A DNA stretch of 64,000 nt from Anaeromyxobacteraceae bacterium (GTDB lineage Bacteria; Myxococcota; Myxococcia; Myxococcales; Anaeromyxobacteraceae), in contig JAULAX010000017.1 in the NCBI GenBank assembly GCA_032654565.1, positions 288,001 to 352,000 of the forward strand. Direction: 5' to 3'. Shown one piece after another: positions 1-9,990 of the stretch. Position 1 is the first letter of the stretch; every line of letters begins with the position of its first letter. The translations under genes were made by a program, and so were the position numbers. The notes under the pieces were generated by a model that saw nothing but the letters and a program-made list of their open reading frames with translations, was not told where the DNA came from and did not search any database.

Positions 1-5
1 GACAT

Positions 6-863
<858 letters not shown>

Positions 864-1066
864 GCGCACCCCCGGCTGAAAGTTCGGTTGACCGCATGTA
901 AGAGAAGGGCCGAGCGCTTGTCAACGCGCGAGTGCGCGGCGCAGCACCGCGGCGGAAAGCCACTCTGACTTGACGGTGATCAGGGTGAGGCCACGCCCGC
1001 GGGGGGGCCGAAAGCGGCGTCGCGGACCCACCGCCCGGCGACGGGCCGGGCCCTCTTCACCGGCGC

Positions 1067-1468
1067 TCAGCCCCCGGCCGGCTCTTCGGCGGGGCGCGCC
1101 TTCACCTCGGCCTTCACCTCTGGCCGCGGCTCGCCCTGCTCGTCGGGCCGGACCCGGATCTCCGCCTTCACCTCCACCACCATCGAGGTCAGCGCCCGGG
1201 TCACCTCGCGCCGCACCGCCTCCGACTCGAAGAAGCGGCGGACCTCGTCGGAGAAGACGCGCAGCACCTCGTCCTTGGCGCCGCTGGCCTGGGCGCCGAG
1301 GTAGCCGACCAGCTCCTTGGGCAGCTTCCACTCCCGGGCCAGGCGGCGGGCCCCCTCCTCGGTGAGGAAGAGCGCCCCCATGCCGGTCAGCAGCGCCTTG
1401 CGCAGGGCGTCCTGCAGCCCCTTGGCGCCCGCCTCCGTCCCCGGCTCGTCCCCTCGCGGATCGTCCAT
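1067..1468 (-). CDS. hypothetical protein with phasin-like N-terminal helix
   Basis: 133 aa, SD GGAGG. LRKALLTGMGALFLTEE resembles granule-associated/phasin-like proteins. Confidence 0.65.
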   Translation of the reverse strand: MDDPRGDEPGTEAGAKGLQDALRKALLTGMGALFLTEEGARRLAREWKLPKELVGYLGAQASGAKDEVLRVFSDEVRRFFESEAVRREVTRALTSMVVEVKAEIRVRPDEQGEPRPEVKAEVKARPAEEPAGG

Positions 1469-1492
1469 GCGCCCCCTCCGACGCCGGCGATC

Positions 1493-2581
1493 CTACCCCC
1501 GGGCGGCCGGCTGTCCAATCACCGGGAGGCGCGGGGCCTTGACCACCTGCTGGCTGACCGCCCCGGCCACCTGCTTGGCCACCTCGATGAAGGCCTTGGC
1601 CTGGACGCTGTCGGGGGCGCCCGCCACCACCGGGAGCCCCTTGTCGCCGCCCACCCGGATGGCGAGGTCGAGCGGCACCTCGCCGAGGAAGCGGATCCCC
1701 ATCTTCTCCGCGGCGTCCTTGGCCCCGCCCTTGTCGAAGATGGGGGTCTCGACGTGGCAGTGCGGGCAGATGAAGGCCGACATGTTCTCGACCAGGCCGA
1801 GGATGGGCACCGCCACCTTGTCGAACATCAGCTTGGCCCGGATGACGTCGGCCAGCGCCACGTCCTGCGGCGTCGAGACCAGCACCACCCCGGCCGCCTT
1901 GACGTTCTGGGCGATGGTCAGCGGGATGTCGCCGGTGCCGGGCGGCAGGTCGAGCACCAGGTAGTCGAGCTCCCCCCAGTCCACCTCCCGCAGCAGCTGC
2001 AGCAGCGCCCCGGTGGCCATGGGGCCGCGCCAGATGAGCGCCTGGTCGGGGTCCACGAGGAAGCCGATCGACATGACGTCGACGCCGTGGGCGCGCAGCG
2101 GGGTGATCCGCTTGCCGTCCTTGGAGGTCGGCTTCTCGGTGACGCCGGTGAGGATGGGGATCGACGGGCCGTAGATGTCGGCGTCGAGGATGCCCACCTT
2201 GGCGCCGAGCTGGGCCAGCGCCACCGCCAGGTTGATGGAGACGGTGCTCTTGCCGACCCCGCCCTTGCCCGCCCCCACCAGGATGATGTTCTTCACCCCG
2301 GGGGTGAGGCCGCCCGCCGCCACGCCCGGCGCGGAGCGGACCTGGGCGCCCCAGGTGATCTTCACGGCGCTGGCGCCGGCCGCCTTGAGCGCCGCCTCGA
2401 CGTCCCTGCCGATGGTGTCCTTGAGCGGGCAGGCGGGGGTGGTGAGCTCCACCTTGAGCGAGACGGTGGTCCCCTCGACGACGAGGTCCTTGATCATCCC
2501 GAGGCTGACGAGGTCCCGGTGCAGCTCGGGGTCGTTCACCTTCTTCAGGGCTTCCAGCGCGCTGTTCTTGTCGAGTGCCAT
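1493..2581 (-). CDS. apbC: Mrp/NBP35 family Fe-S cluster carrier ATPase
   Basis: N-terminal FeS_assembly_P segment (DPELHRDLVSLG, TTPACP), GKGGVGKST, DLPPGTGD, ENMS, CPHC. Confidence 0.95.
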   Translation of the reverse strand: MALDKNSALEALKKVNDPELHRDLVSLGMIKDLVVEGTTVSLKVELTTPACPLKDTIGRDVEAALKAAGASAVKITWGAQVRSAPGVAAGGLTPGVKNIILVGAGKGGVGKSTVSINLAVALAQLGAKVGILDADIYGPSIPILTGVTEKPTSKDGKRITPLRAHGVDVMSIGFLVDPDQALIWRGPMATGALLQLLREVDWGELDYLVLDLPPGTGDIPLTIAQNVKAAGVVLVSTPQDVALADVIRAKLMFDKVAVPILGLVENMSAFICPHCHVETPIFDKGGAKDAAEKMGIRFLGEVPLDLAIRVGGDKGLPVVAGAPDSVQAKAFIEVAKQVAGAVSQQVVKAPRLPVIGQPAARG

Positions 2582-2638
2582 GGGTCGGTCCTTATAACCG
2601 CGGGGGGCGGGCCGGACAACGCTCGTTGGAGGCCCGGC

Positions 2639-3757
2639 TCATGGGCCCCGCAGCGGCAGGAGCTCCGCCCCGGCCCCGGGCGGCTGCACCCGGACCTCCG
2701 CCTCCTCCCCGAGGCGGCCGACCACGCTGACCTCCACGTCGAGGAAGCGGCGGATCACCGCGGCGGTCCCGAGCAGGTGGGGGGTGAGGGCGCTGGCGGT
2801 GTAGCGGGTGACCGGGACCACCCCCGCGGGCGGCACCACGCGCCGCGCCGCCAGCAGCGCGGCCGGGAGCAGCAGCTGGTCGGCCAGGTGGACGTCGACG
2901 GCGCCGCCGCGGGCCAGGTGCTCCTGGAAGGCGGCCACCGCCTCGGCCGCCGCCCCCTCCCCGGCCCGGGCGCCGGCCCGGGTGGCGGCGTGGCTGGAGC
3001 GGGTCCGTTCGAAGCTGGCCACCAGCAGGGTGTGGCGGCCGCGCGAGCCGCGCACCGGCAGCGCCAGCCGCTCCGCCTCGGAGACCACCCCCAGCGCCCC
3101 CAGCGCCTTCTGGGCGTGGGCCGCCTCGGCGACGGCGTCGGCCCAGGCCAGCCCACCGATCATGGCCAGCACCTCCACCCCGAGCAGCAGGCCGCGGTGG
3201 CGCAGGTCGAGCGGCGGCATGGGCCGGGCCGGCTCGATCCGGGCGCTGAGGAGCCCGCCCCCCTCGGGGTCGAAGCCGGCCGCCTGCAGCCCCAGCTCGA
3301 TGGGGAAGCCGAGCCGGGCCATGGCCGGGGCCCAGGCCAGCGCCAGCTCGTGGAAGCTGGGGGCGCCGGCCTGGTGGGTGGCGCCGGCGATGGTCAGCAT
3401 CGAGGGGCCACCGGCCAGCGCCAGGGGCCAGCAGAGGGTCTGGAGCAGCAGCGTCGCCGAGCCCGAGGCGCCGAGCTCGAAGCGCCAGTCGCCAGGCGTC
3501 ACCGGCCCCCCGGGGACGAACGACAGCCGCTCGCCCCCCACCACGTCGCCGGCCACCTCGGCCCGGCAGAGCCTGGCCGCGGCGCGGACCACCTCCACGT
3601 GGCGGGCCTTGAGGCCGGGCTCTTCACGGGTGGTGCGGAGCCGCGACACGCCGAAGGCGCGGCCGGTCACGCAGGCCAGCGCCAGGGCGGTGCGCAGCAG
3701 CTGGCCGCCCCCTTCGCCCTGCGAGCCGTCGATGAGGATGGGCAGGTCCACCGCCAT
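2639..3757 (-). CDS. rtcA: RNA 3'-terminal phosphate cyclase
   Basis: DGSQGEGGGQLLRTALAL, HLADQLL, and catalytic-His motif TPHLLG. Confidence 0.88.
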   Translation of the reverse strand: MAVDLPILIDGSQGEGGGQLLRTALALACVTGRAFGVSRLRTTREEPGLKARHVEVVRAAARLCRAEVAGDVVGGERLSFVPGGPVTPGDWRFELGASGSATLLLQTLCWPLALAGGPSMLTIAGATHQAGAPSFHELALAWAPAMARLGFPIELGLQAAGFDPEGGGLLSARIEPARPMPPLDLRHRGLLLGVEVLAMIGGLAWADAVAEAAHAQKALGALGVVSEAERLALPVRGSRGRHTLLVASFERTRSSHAATRAGARAGEGAAAEAVAAFQEHLARGGAVDVHLADQLLLPAALLAARRVVPPAGVVPVTRYTASALTPHLLGTAAVIRRFLDVEVSVVGRLGEEAEVRVQPPGAGAELLPLRGP

Positions 3758-3823
3758 GCCGGGAGTGTAGCCGCTCCACGCCGCCTCGAGGGCGGGTCCT
3801 CGGGGGGCGTGCTAGATCAGGCC

Positions 3824-5062
3824 ATGGCGGCCGCCCTGCTGGTCTTCACCCTCACCTACCTGGCCATCGCGGCCGGGCGGGTGCCGTGGCTCTCCATCGA
3901 CCGGCCGGCGGCGGCGCTGCTGGGCGCGGTGATGATGGTGGCCACCGGGGTGCTGCTGCCCGCCGAAGCGGGCGCGGCGATCAACGGCGACACCCTGGGG
4001 CTCTTGCTGGGGATGATGATCCTGGCCGCCTACCTGGCCGAGGCCGGCTTCTTCCGCTGGGCCTCCTGGCGGGTCATCCGCGCCGCCGGCACCCCGCGCT
4101 CGCTGCTCTGGGGGCTGACGCTCACCGCCGGCCTGCTCTCCGCCTTCCTGGTCAACGACACCGTCTGCCTGCTGATGACGCCGCTGGTGGTCCGCATCGT
4201 CGACGACGCCGACCTGCCGCCGCTCCCCTACCTGCTGGCCATCGCCTTCGGCTCCAACGCCGGCAGCGCCGCCACCCTCACCGGCAACCCCCAGAACATG
4301 CTGGTGGGGACGCTCTCGGGCATCCCCTACCCGCGCTTCGCCGCGGCGCTGGCCCTGCCGGCCGCCGCCTCGCTGCTGGTGGTGGCGGCGCTGCTCCACG
4401 GGCTGTTCCGGCGACAGCTGCCCCGCCGACGACTGGACAACGGCGCGCTCGCCGAGCCGCCGCTGGAGGTCGGGCTGCTGCGGCGGGCGCTGCTGGCCAC
4501 GGGGCTGGCGGTGGCCGGCTTCCTGGCCGGCTTCCCCCTGGCCTGGACCGCGCTCTTCGCCGCCGCGCTCCTCATGGCGGTGGCCGGGCGGGCGCCGCGC
4601 GAGGCGCTGGCCCGGGTCGACTGGCCGCTGCTCCTCTTCTTCGCCGGGCTCTTCGTGGTGGTGGCCGGCGTCGGCCGGGCCGGGTTGGCGGAGGGCTTCT
4701 ACCAGGCCTTCGCCCCGTGGCTGGGCGTCACCCCGGAGCGGCAGGCGCTGGCCTTCGCCGGCTTCACCGTGGTGGCCTCGCAGGTGGTCTCCAACGTCCC
4801 GTTCGTCCTGCTGGCCGCCACCTGGATCCCCCGCCTCGCCGACCCGGAGCTGCTCTGGCTGGCGACCGCCCTTTCGGCGACGCTGGCCGGCAACCTGACC
4901 GTGGTCGGCTCGGTGGCCAACCTGATCGTCCTCGAGCTGGCAGGCCCCAAAGGGAGGGTCGGCTTCTGGAGATTCCTCCGCTACGGGGCGGTGGTGACCG
5001 GGGGCACCCTGGTGGTTGGATTGGGGATCCTGCTGCTGGAGCGACGCCTCGGCTGGATCTGA
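3824..5062 (+). CDS. ArsB/NhaD (SLC13-like) anion permease
   Basis: Multi-TM protein with SAFLVNDT, GSAATLTGNPQN, SNVP and GNLTVVGSVAN motifs. ATG at 3824. Confidence 0.9.
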   Translation: MAAALLVFTLTYLAIAAGRVPWLSIDRPAAALLGAVMMVATGVLLPAEAGAAINGDTLGLLLGMMILAAYLAEAGFFRWASWRVIRAAGTPRSLLWGLTLTAGLLSAFLVNDTVCLLMTPLVVRIVDDADLPPLPYLLAIAFGSNAGSAATLTGNPQNMLVGTLSGIPYPRFAAALALPAAASLLVVAALLHGLFRRQLPRRRLDNGALAEPPLEVGLLRRALLATGLAVAGFLAGFPLAWTALFAAALLMAVAGRAPREALARVDWPLLLFFAGLFVVVAGVGRAGLAEGFYQAFAPWLGVTPERQALAFAGFTVVASQVVSNVPFVLLAATWIPRLADPELLWLATALSATLAGNLTVVGSVANLIVLELAGPKGRVGFWRFLRYGAVVTGGTLVVGLGILLLERRLGWI

Positions 5063-5095
5063 TTCGCTCAACCGTCTGTGATTCCACGTCTTTCT

Positions 5096-5147
5096 CATTA
5101 CTCTGGGACGGGATGAACGGGACCAGCACATTACTCTGGGACGGGAT
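5096..5147. repeat. perfect 19-bp direct repeat CATTACTCTGGGACGGGAT, two copies, 33-bp period
   Basis: Copies at 5096-5114 and 5129-5147. Confidence 0.95.
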
Positions 5148-5167
5148 CGGGGGGAGGCGCCCGCTTC

Positions 5168-5193
5168 GAAATACCGGCGGCCGGTTCCCGTAT
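5168..5193 (+). promoter_or_regulatory. ECF (SigW-like) promoter, probably autoregulatory
   Basis: GAAAT-N16-CGTAT just upstream of the ECF sigma gene; resembles the sigmaW consensus TGAAAC-N16-CGTA. Confidence 0.65.
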
Positions 5194-5201
5194 GGAATGG
5201 C

Positions 5202-5852
5202 ATGGTTGGCGCCACCACCTTCCCCGGATTCATCCTCTCCCTCCCCACCCTGGCCGAGGTGCTGCCGCAGGTGACGGAGCTCGACCCAGCCGCGCTCCTG
5301 GCGCGCGCCGCCGCTGGCGGCGACCGGACCTCCTTCGCCCGGCTGGTGGACCTGTATCGCCGCTCCGTCCACGGGCTCTGCTTCCGCCTGCTCCGCGACC
5401 CCGAGGAGGCCCGCGACGCCGCCCAGGAGACCTTCGTGCGCGCCTGGGGTGCCATCGCCACCTATGACGCCGCCCAGCCCTTCGGCCCGTGGATCCTGCG
5501 CATCGCCCGCAACCACGCCCTCGACGTGCTGCGCCGCCGCGTCCCGGCCGGGCGGCAGGTGGCGCTCGACGCCGACCCCGAGGAGGGCGCGCCGGTGACC
5601 GAGCTGGCCGGGCACCACCCGGCCGCCGACGCCGTCCTCGAGCAGGCCCAGACCCGCGCCGCGCTGGAGGCGGCGGTGGCCGCCCTGCCCGCCAACTACC
5701 GCGAGGTGATCCAGCTCTTCCACGTCGAGCAGCTCTCCTACAAGGAGATCGCCGACACCCTCGACGTCCCCATGGGGACGGTGATGACCTGGCTGCACCG
5801 GGCCCGCGGCAAGCTGCGCGCCACGCTCACCGAGCAAGGGCTGGAGGGATGA
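5202..5852 (+). CDS. ECF RNA polymerase sigma factor (SigW-like)
   Basis: Region 2 (ARDAAQETFVRAW, WILRIARNHALD) and region 4 (LSYKEIADTLDVPMGTVMTWLHRAR). Start position uncertain. Confidence 0.93.
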   Translation: MVGATTFPGFILSLPTLAEVLPQVTELDPAALLARAAAGGDRTSFARLVDLYRRSVHGLCFRLLRDPEEARDAAQETFVRAWGAIATYDAAQPFGPWILRIARNHALDVLRRRVPAGRQVALDADPEEGAPVTELAGHHPAADAVLEQAQTRAALEAAVAALPANYREVIQLFHVEQLSYKEIADTLDVPMGTVMTWLHRARGKLRATLTEQGLEG

Positions 5853-6376
5853 CCATGACCACCATCAGCGGACACCTCACCGATGCGCAGGCCCAGCGGC
5901 TCCTCGAGCGGGCCCTCCAGCCCGCCACCGACGCCGGGGTCGCCGAGCACGCCGCCGCCTGCGCCGAGTGCGGCGCCCTGGTGGAGTCCTTCCGGCTGCT
6001 CGGCGAGGCCCTCGACGGCCTCGAGGTCCCGCCCCTGCCGGCCGACTTCACCGCCCAGGTGATGGCCCGCATCGACGACGCCGAGCAGGCTGCCGCCCGC
6101 GAGCGGCGCTGGGCGCTGGCCCTGGCCGCGGCCGTCCTGGTGGTCGCCGGCGTGGGCGTCGCCGCCGCCGGCGCCACCGGCCTCGGCAGCGTGGTCAGCG
6201 CCGCCTCCGAGCAGCTCGACCTCGCGCTGCGCGCCTTCCGGGTCGGCGCCGGCGTCCTCCCCGGCCTGCTCTCGGCGCTGCGCCTGCCGCTGCTGCTCGC
6301 CACCACCGCCCTCTCCCTGCCCCTCTTCTACGGGCTGTCCCGGCTCATGCCGGCGACCCGCACCGAGTCCATCTGA
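5849..6376 (+). CDS. zinc-binding (ZAS, zf-HC2) transmembrane anti-sigma factor
   Basis: ATGA overlap with the sigma stop; HAAACAEC motif, PADFTAQVMARI, two hydrophobic helices. Confidence 0.85.
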   Translation: MTMTTISGHLTDAQAQRLLERALQPATDAGVAEHAAACAECGALVESFRLLGEALDGLEVPPLPADFTAQVMARIDDAEQAAARERRWALALAAAVLVVAGVGVAAAGATGLGSVVSAASEQLDLALRAFRVGAGVLPGLLSALRLPLLLATTALSLPLFYGLSRLMPATRTESI

Positions 6377-6387
6377 ACGGAGCCTCC

Positions 6388-8154
6388 ATGCTCGTCGTCC
6401 TCGCCTCGCTCCTCCTCATCCAGGGCCCCGAGTCGGCGCCGCCGCCGCCCCCGGCGCCGCCGCCGGTCGAGGCGGCTCGTCCCGTCCCACCTGTCCCGCC
6501 CGTCCCGCCGGCGCCTCCACGCGCCGTCATCAAGGTGATCAAGGCCGAAGCGCTCGATCAGGCCGACCCGATGCGTGGCGACTGGCCAGCCCAGCCCTCC
6601 GGCAAGCGGGTCACGCTCGACTCCAAGCAGACCATCGACGACGCCGTGGCCGAGATCGGCAAGGCCGCCGGCTGGAGCGTCGCCACCAACACCGGCCGGC
6701 TCGGCGATCGGATGCTGGTCCTGCGACTCAAGGACGTTCCGGTCGAGGAGGCGCTGCGCGCCGTCCTCTCCGGCTCGGGCCTCGTCGCCACGCGGCGTGG
6801 CACCATCGTGGCGGTGGCCCCCGGGCTGTCCCCGGCGGCGCCCTCCCGGCCGGTGCTGACCGGCTTCGACAAGCCGAGCGGCCGCAAGTTCACCGGCGAC
6901 TTCGAGGACGAGGACGGCCGGGACGCCCTCCTGGAGATCGGGCGCAAGTCCGGCCTCTCCATCACCCTGCCCCCCGGCACCCACGGCAAGGTCACGGCCC
7001 ACTTCAAGGACACCCCCGTCGAGGAGGTCCTGCTCGCCGTCCTCTCGCAGGCTGGCCTCAGCGCCGAGCGGACCGGGAACGTGGTGGTGGTGGCCTCGGG
7101 GCGTGGCGGCCGCCGGATCAAGTTCGAGTCCTTCGGCGAGATCGGCGAGGAGATCGATCGGCTCACCGAGGACGCCACCCGCAGCGCCGAGCGTGAGGCC
7201 CGCCGCGCCGAGCGCGAGGCCCGCCGGGCCTCCGGCGGCTCCCGGAGCGACCGGGAGAACGTGGGCGGCGACGTGGTGGTGGAGCCCGGGGAGTCCGCCC
7301 GCGACGTCTCGGCGGTGCGCGGCAGCGTCACCCTGCGCCCCGGCGCCGAGGCCCGCGAGGTGGTGGCGGTGATCGGCAGCGTCACGCTCGAGGCCGGCGC
7401 CTCGGCCCGCCAGGTGGTGGCCATCGGCGGCGACGTCCACGTCGGCCCGGGCGCCTCGGTGGAGCAGGACGCCGTGGCCATCGGCGGCCGGGTGCTGGTC
7501 GATCCGGCCGGTGACGTCGGCGGCCAGAAGGTGACCGTGGGCGTCGGCGCCCTGGGGGACGCCATTCGCTCCTTCGGCCTGCGCGGCCACCAGGAGAGCA
7601 GCAGCTCCGGCTGGGGGCTGGCCTCGTGGGTGGCCAAGTTCGGCGTCATGCTGCTGCTCAGCTTCCTGCTCCTCACCTTCTTCCCGCGCCGGGTCGAGGC
7701 GGTGGGCGCCTCGCTGCTCTCCAGCCCGGGGACCTCGGTGCTGGCCGGCCTGCTCGGGCTGCTGGCCCAGCCCATCCTCTCGCTGCTGCTGGTGGTGACC
7801 ATCGTCGGCATCCCGCTGCTGGTGGTGCAGGCGCTCGGCATCGGCGTCGCCTACCTGATGGGGGTCACCGCGGTGGCCGTGCTGGTCGGGCGGGCCCTGC
7901 CCGCCGCGCTCCACCGCGGCACTGTGATCCTGCAGCTGGCCGTCGGCCTCGGGCTGGTGCTGCTGGCCTTCGCCATCCCCTTCGTCGGCTGGCTGCTCTG
8001 GGCCACGCTGGTGATGGCCACCTTCGGCGCCGTGCTGCGCACCCGCTTCGGCCAGACCCCGGTGCTGGAGACCGTGGCGGCCTCGCCGGCGCCGCCCCCG
8101 GCACCGCCCGCGCCACCGCCCATGCCCCCCCCGCCGCCGCCTTACGCGGGGTAG
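6388..8154 (+). CDS. membrane protein: signal peptide, two STN-like domains, beta-helix repeats, multi-TM C-terminus
   Basis: Two repeats ending LKDVPVEEALRAVLSGSGL and FKDTPVEEVLLAVLSQAGL; GGDV/GSV-V-x-PGA repeats; about 5-6 TM helices. Confidence 0.8.
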   Translation: MLVVLASLLLIQGPESAPPPPPAPPPVEAARPVPPVPPVPPAPPRAVIKVIKAEALDQADPMRGDWPAQPSGKRVTLDSKQTIDDAVAEIGKAAGWSVATNTGRLGDRMLVLRLKDVPVEEALRAVLSGSGLVATRRGTIVAVAPGLSPAAPSRPVLTGFDKPSGRKFTGDFEDEDGRDALLEIGRKSGLSITLPPGTHGKVTAHFKDTPVEEVLLAVLSQAGLSAERTGNVVVVASGRGGRRIKFESFGEIGEEIDRLTEDATRSAEREARRAEREARRASGGSRSDRENVGGDVVVEPGESARDVSAVRGSVTLRPGAEAREVVAVIGSVTLEAGASARQVVAIGGDVHVGPGASVEQDAVAIGGRVLVDPAGDVGGQKVTVGVGALGDAIRSFGLRGHQESSSSGWGLASWVAKFGVMLLLSFLLLTFFPRRVEAVGASLLSSPGTSVLAGLLGLLAQPILSLLLVVTIVGIPLLVVQALGIGVAYLMGVTAVAVLVGRALPAALHRGTVILQLAVGLGLVLLAFAIPFVGWLLWATLVMATFGAVLRTRFGQTPVLETVAASPAPPPAPPAPPPMPPPPPPYAG

Positions 8155-8182
8155 CGGCGGGCGAGACCAGGGGGCCGGGTCC

Positions 8183-9952
8183 CTAGATCAGGACCAGGCC
8201 ATCCTCGGTGAACTCGGCCGAACCGGAGAGGATGGCCTCGAGGTTCTGGGAGCGCTCCTCCGAGAGCTGCGACATCAGCTCCAGCACCGTCGGGTAGGTC
8301 ATCACCAGGGCGTCGAAGTCGGCCCGCTGCAGCTTGAGCAGCGAGCCGCCGCGCTTCACGGTCACCGTGGAGGAGGCGCCGGTCTTGCGCAGGCAGCTCA
8401 TCTCGCCGAACAGGTCCCCCTCGCGCAGGTGGCCGATCAGCACCTCGGTCCCCTCCATGCGGTGGGTGACGTCGAGCGCCCCCTCCAGCACCACGTAGAG
8501 CCCGTCGGAGGGGGTCCCCTCGCGGATGATCACCTCGCCAGGCTTGACCGCCCGCTCGCGGAACTTCTCCATCACCGCCTTGCGGTCGCCGCGGCCGAAG
8601 GGGCGGAAGATGGGGCTGACCGCGAAGGCGTTGGCCAGCAGCCGCTGCCGATAGAAGCGGCGCAGCGAGTCGGCCACGTGCGGGTAGCGGCCGGCCAGCG
8701 AGCGCAGCACCTCGGCCTGCAGCACCAGCACCTCGGAGGGCTCCTCGGCCACCACCGTGGCGTTGCGCGGCGAGTTGGAGAGCAGCGCCATCTCGCCGAA
8801 GAACTCGCCTTCGCCGAGGTGGGCCAGCACCACCTGCTCCCCCTTCTCGTCCCGCTTGCGCACCGTGAGACGGCCGGTGGCGATGACGAAGAAGGCGCTT
8901 CCCTCCTCGCCTTCGGTGATCACCGTCTCGCCCGGGCCGAGCCGGACCACCGTGAGGCGCTGGGTCAGAGCCACGAAGGCCTCCGGCCCCAGGTCGGAGA
9001 AGATGGGGTACCGCGGCAGGCGGGCGTCGGCCGCCGGGGCGGCCGGCGCCGGAACCGGGGCGGCCTCGGGCTCGACCTCCAGCAGCAGCAGCGCCTCGTC
9101 GTCGACCAGGTCGACGTCGATCGCGACGTCGTCCTCGACGCCGACCAGCACCGCCTCCTCGGCGGCGGCCACGATGAGGTTGAAGGCGGTGGGATGGGCG
9201 GCGCGGGCCGGAGCGGGCGGAGCCGGTGGAGGCGCCGGCCGCGGCCGTGGCGGCGCCGCCTGGATCGGTGGCGGCGGCGGTGGAGCCATCCGGGGCGGCG
9301 GAGGCGGCGCGGCCTGGGGTGGCGGTGGCGCGGCCCGCGCTGGCGCTGGCGGCGGTGGCGGCTCGGCGTTGGAGGTGAGCTCGAAGGCGTCGGGATCGAC
9401 CTGGAGCTCGGGGGGCAGCTCCATGGCGTCGAGGCCGGGTGGCGCCGGCGGGGGCGCCGGTTCGGGCGAAGGCTCCGGCGCCGCGCCGAGCGGTAGCTCG
9501 ACGCCGCGCTCGATCTCCATCTCGATGCCGGTCTCCACCGACAGCTCGATGCCCTGGTCCGGGGCGGGCTCGACCACCTTGAGGGCCGGCATGGCCATCA
9601 TGGTCCGCATGGGCGGGCGCCCGGCGTCGGCGATGTTCCGCTTGCCGTAGAGGTCGGCGATCAGCCGCTGGGTGTGGCCGTGCTCGGGATCGAGCTCGAG
9701 GATGGTCTTGCAGATGGCGATGGCCTTGATGAGCAGGCCGTCGCGCGCGAACCGCTCGGCCACCTCGGCGTAGCGCTCCACCGCCTCGGCGATCTCGCCG
9801 CCGCGGCGGAGCACGTCGGCCAGCTTCTGGCACGAGGCCACGTCCCGCGGGTCGGCGCGCAGGATCTCGCGGAAGATCTCGGCCGCCTTCTCGACCTTCC
9901 CCTTCGAGGCGAGCTCGGCGGCCTTGTCCTTGAGCTTGCGGAGGTCCGCCAT
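8183..9952 (-). CDS. TPR plus two cyclic-nucleotide-binding domains protein
   Basis: N-terminal TPR-like helices, Pro-rich linker, FFGEMALLSNSPRNATV and LFGEMSCL cNMP motifs. ATG at 9952. Confidence 0.88.
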   Translation of the reverse strand: MADLRKLKDKAAELASKGKVEKAAEIFREILRADPRDVASCQKLADVLRRGGEIAEAVERYAEVAERFARDGLLIKAIAICKTILELDPEHGHTQRLIADLYGKRNIADAGRPPMRTMMAMPALKVVEPAPDQGIELSVETGIEMEIERGVELPLGAAPEPSPEPAPPPAPPGLDAMELPPELQVDPDAFELTSNAEPPPPPAPARAAPPPPQAAPPPPPRMAPPPPPPIQAAPPRPRPAPPPAPPAPARAAHPTAFNLIVAAAEEAVLVGVEDDVAIDVDLVDDEALLLLEVEPEAAPVPAPAAPAADARLPRYPIFSDLGPEAFVALTQRLTVVRLGPGETVITEGEEGSAFFVIATGRLTVRKRDEKGEQVVLAHLGEGEFFGEMALLSNSPRNATVVAEEPSEVLVLQAEVLRSLAGRYPHVADSLRRFYRQRLLANAFAVSPIFRPFGRGDRKAVMEKFRERAVKPGEVIIREGTPSDGLYVVLEGALDVTHRMEGTEVLIGHLREGDLFGEMSCLRKTGASSTVTVKRGGSLLKLQRADFDALVMTYPTVLELMSQLSEERSQNLEAILSGSAEFTEDGLVLI

Positions 9953-9990
9953 GTCCTGATTCCTAACACAGCCGGCCCGATCGGTCCTCT

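Noticed and set aside
1754..3823. N-terminal extension that would make the permease an 1102-aa protein
   Set aside because: It lies antisense to apbC and rtcA; the permease sequence begins at ATG 3824.
5096..5147. Direct repeat as a mini-CRISPR
   Set aside because: Only two 19-bp copies with a 14-nt spacer, no palindrome and no cas genes.
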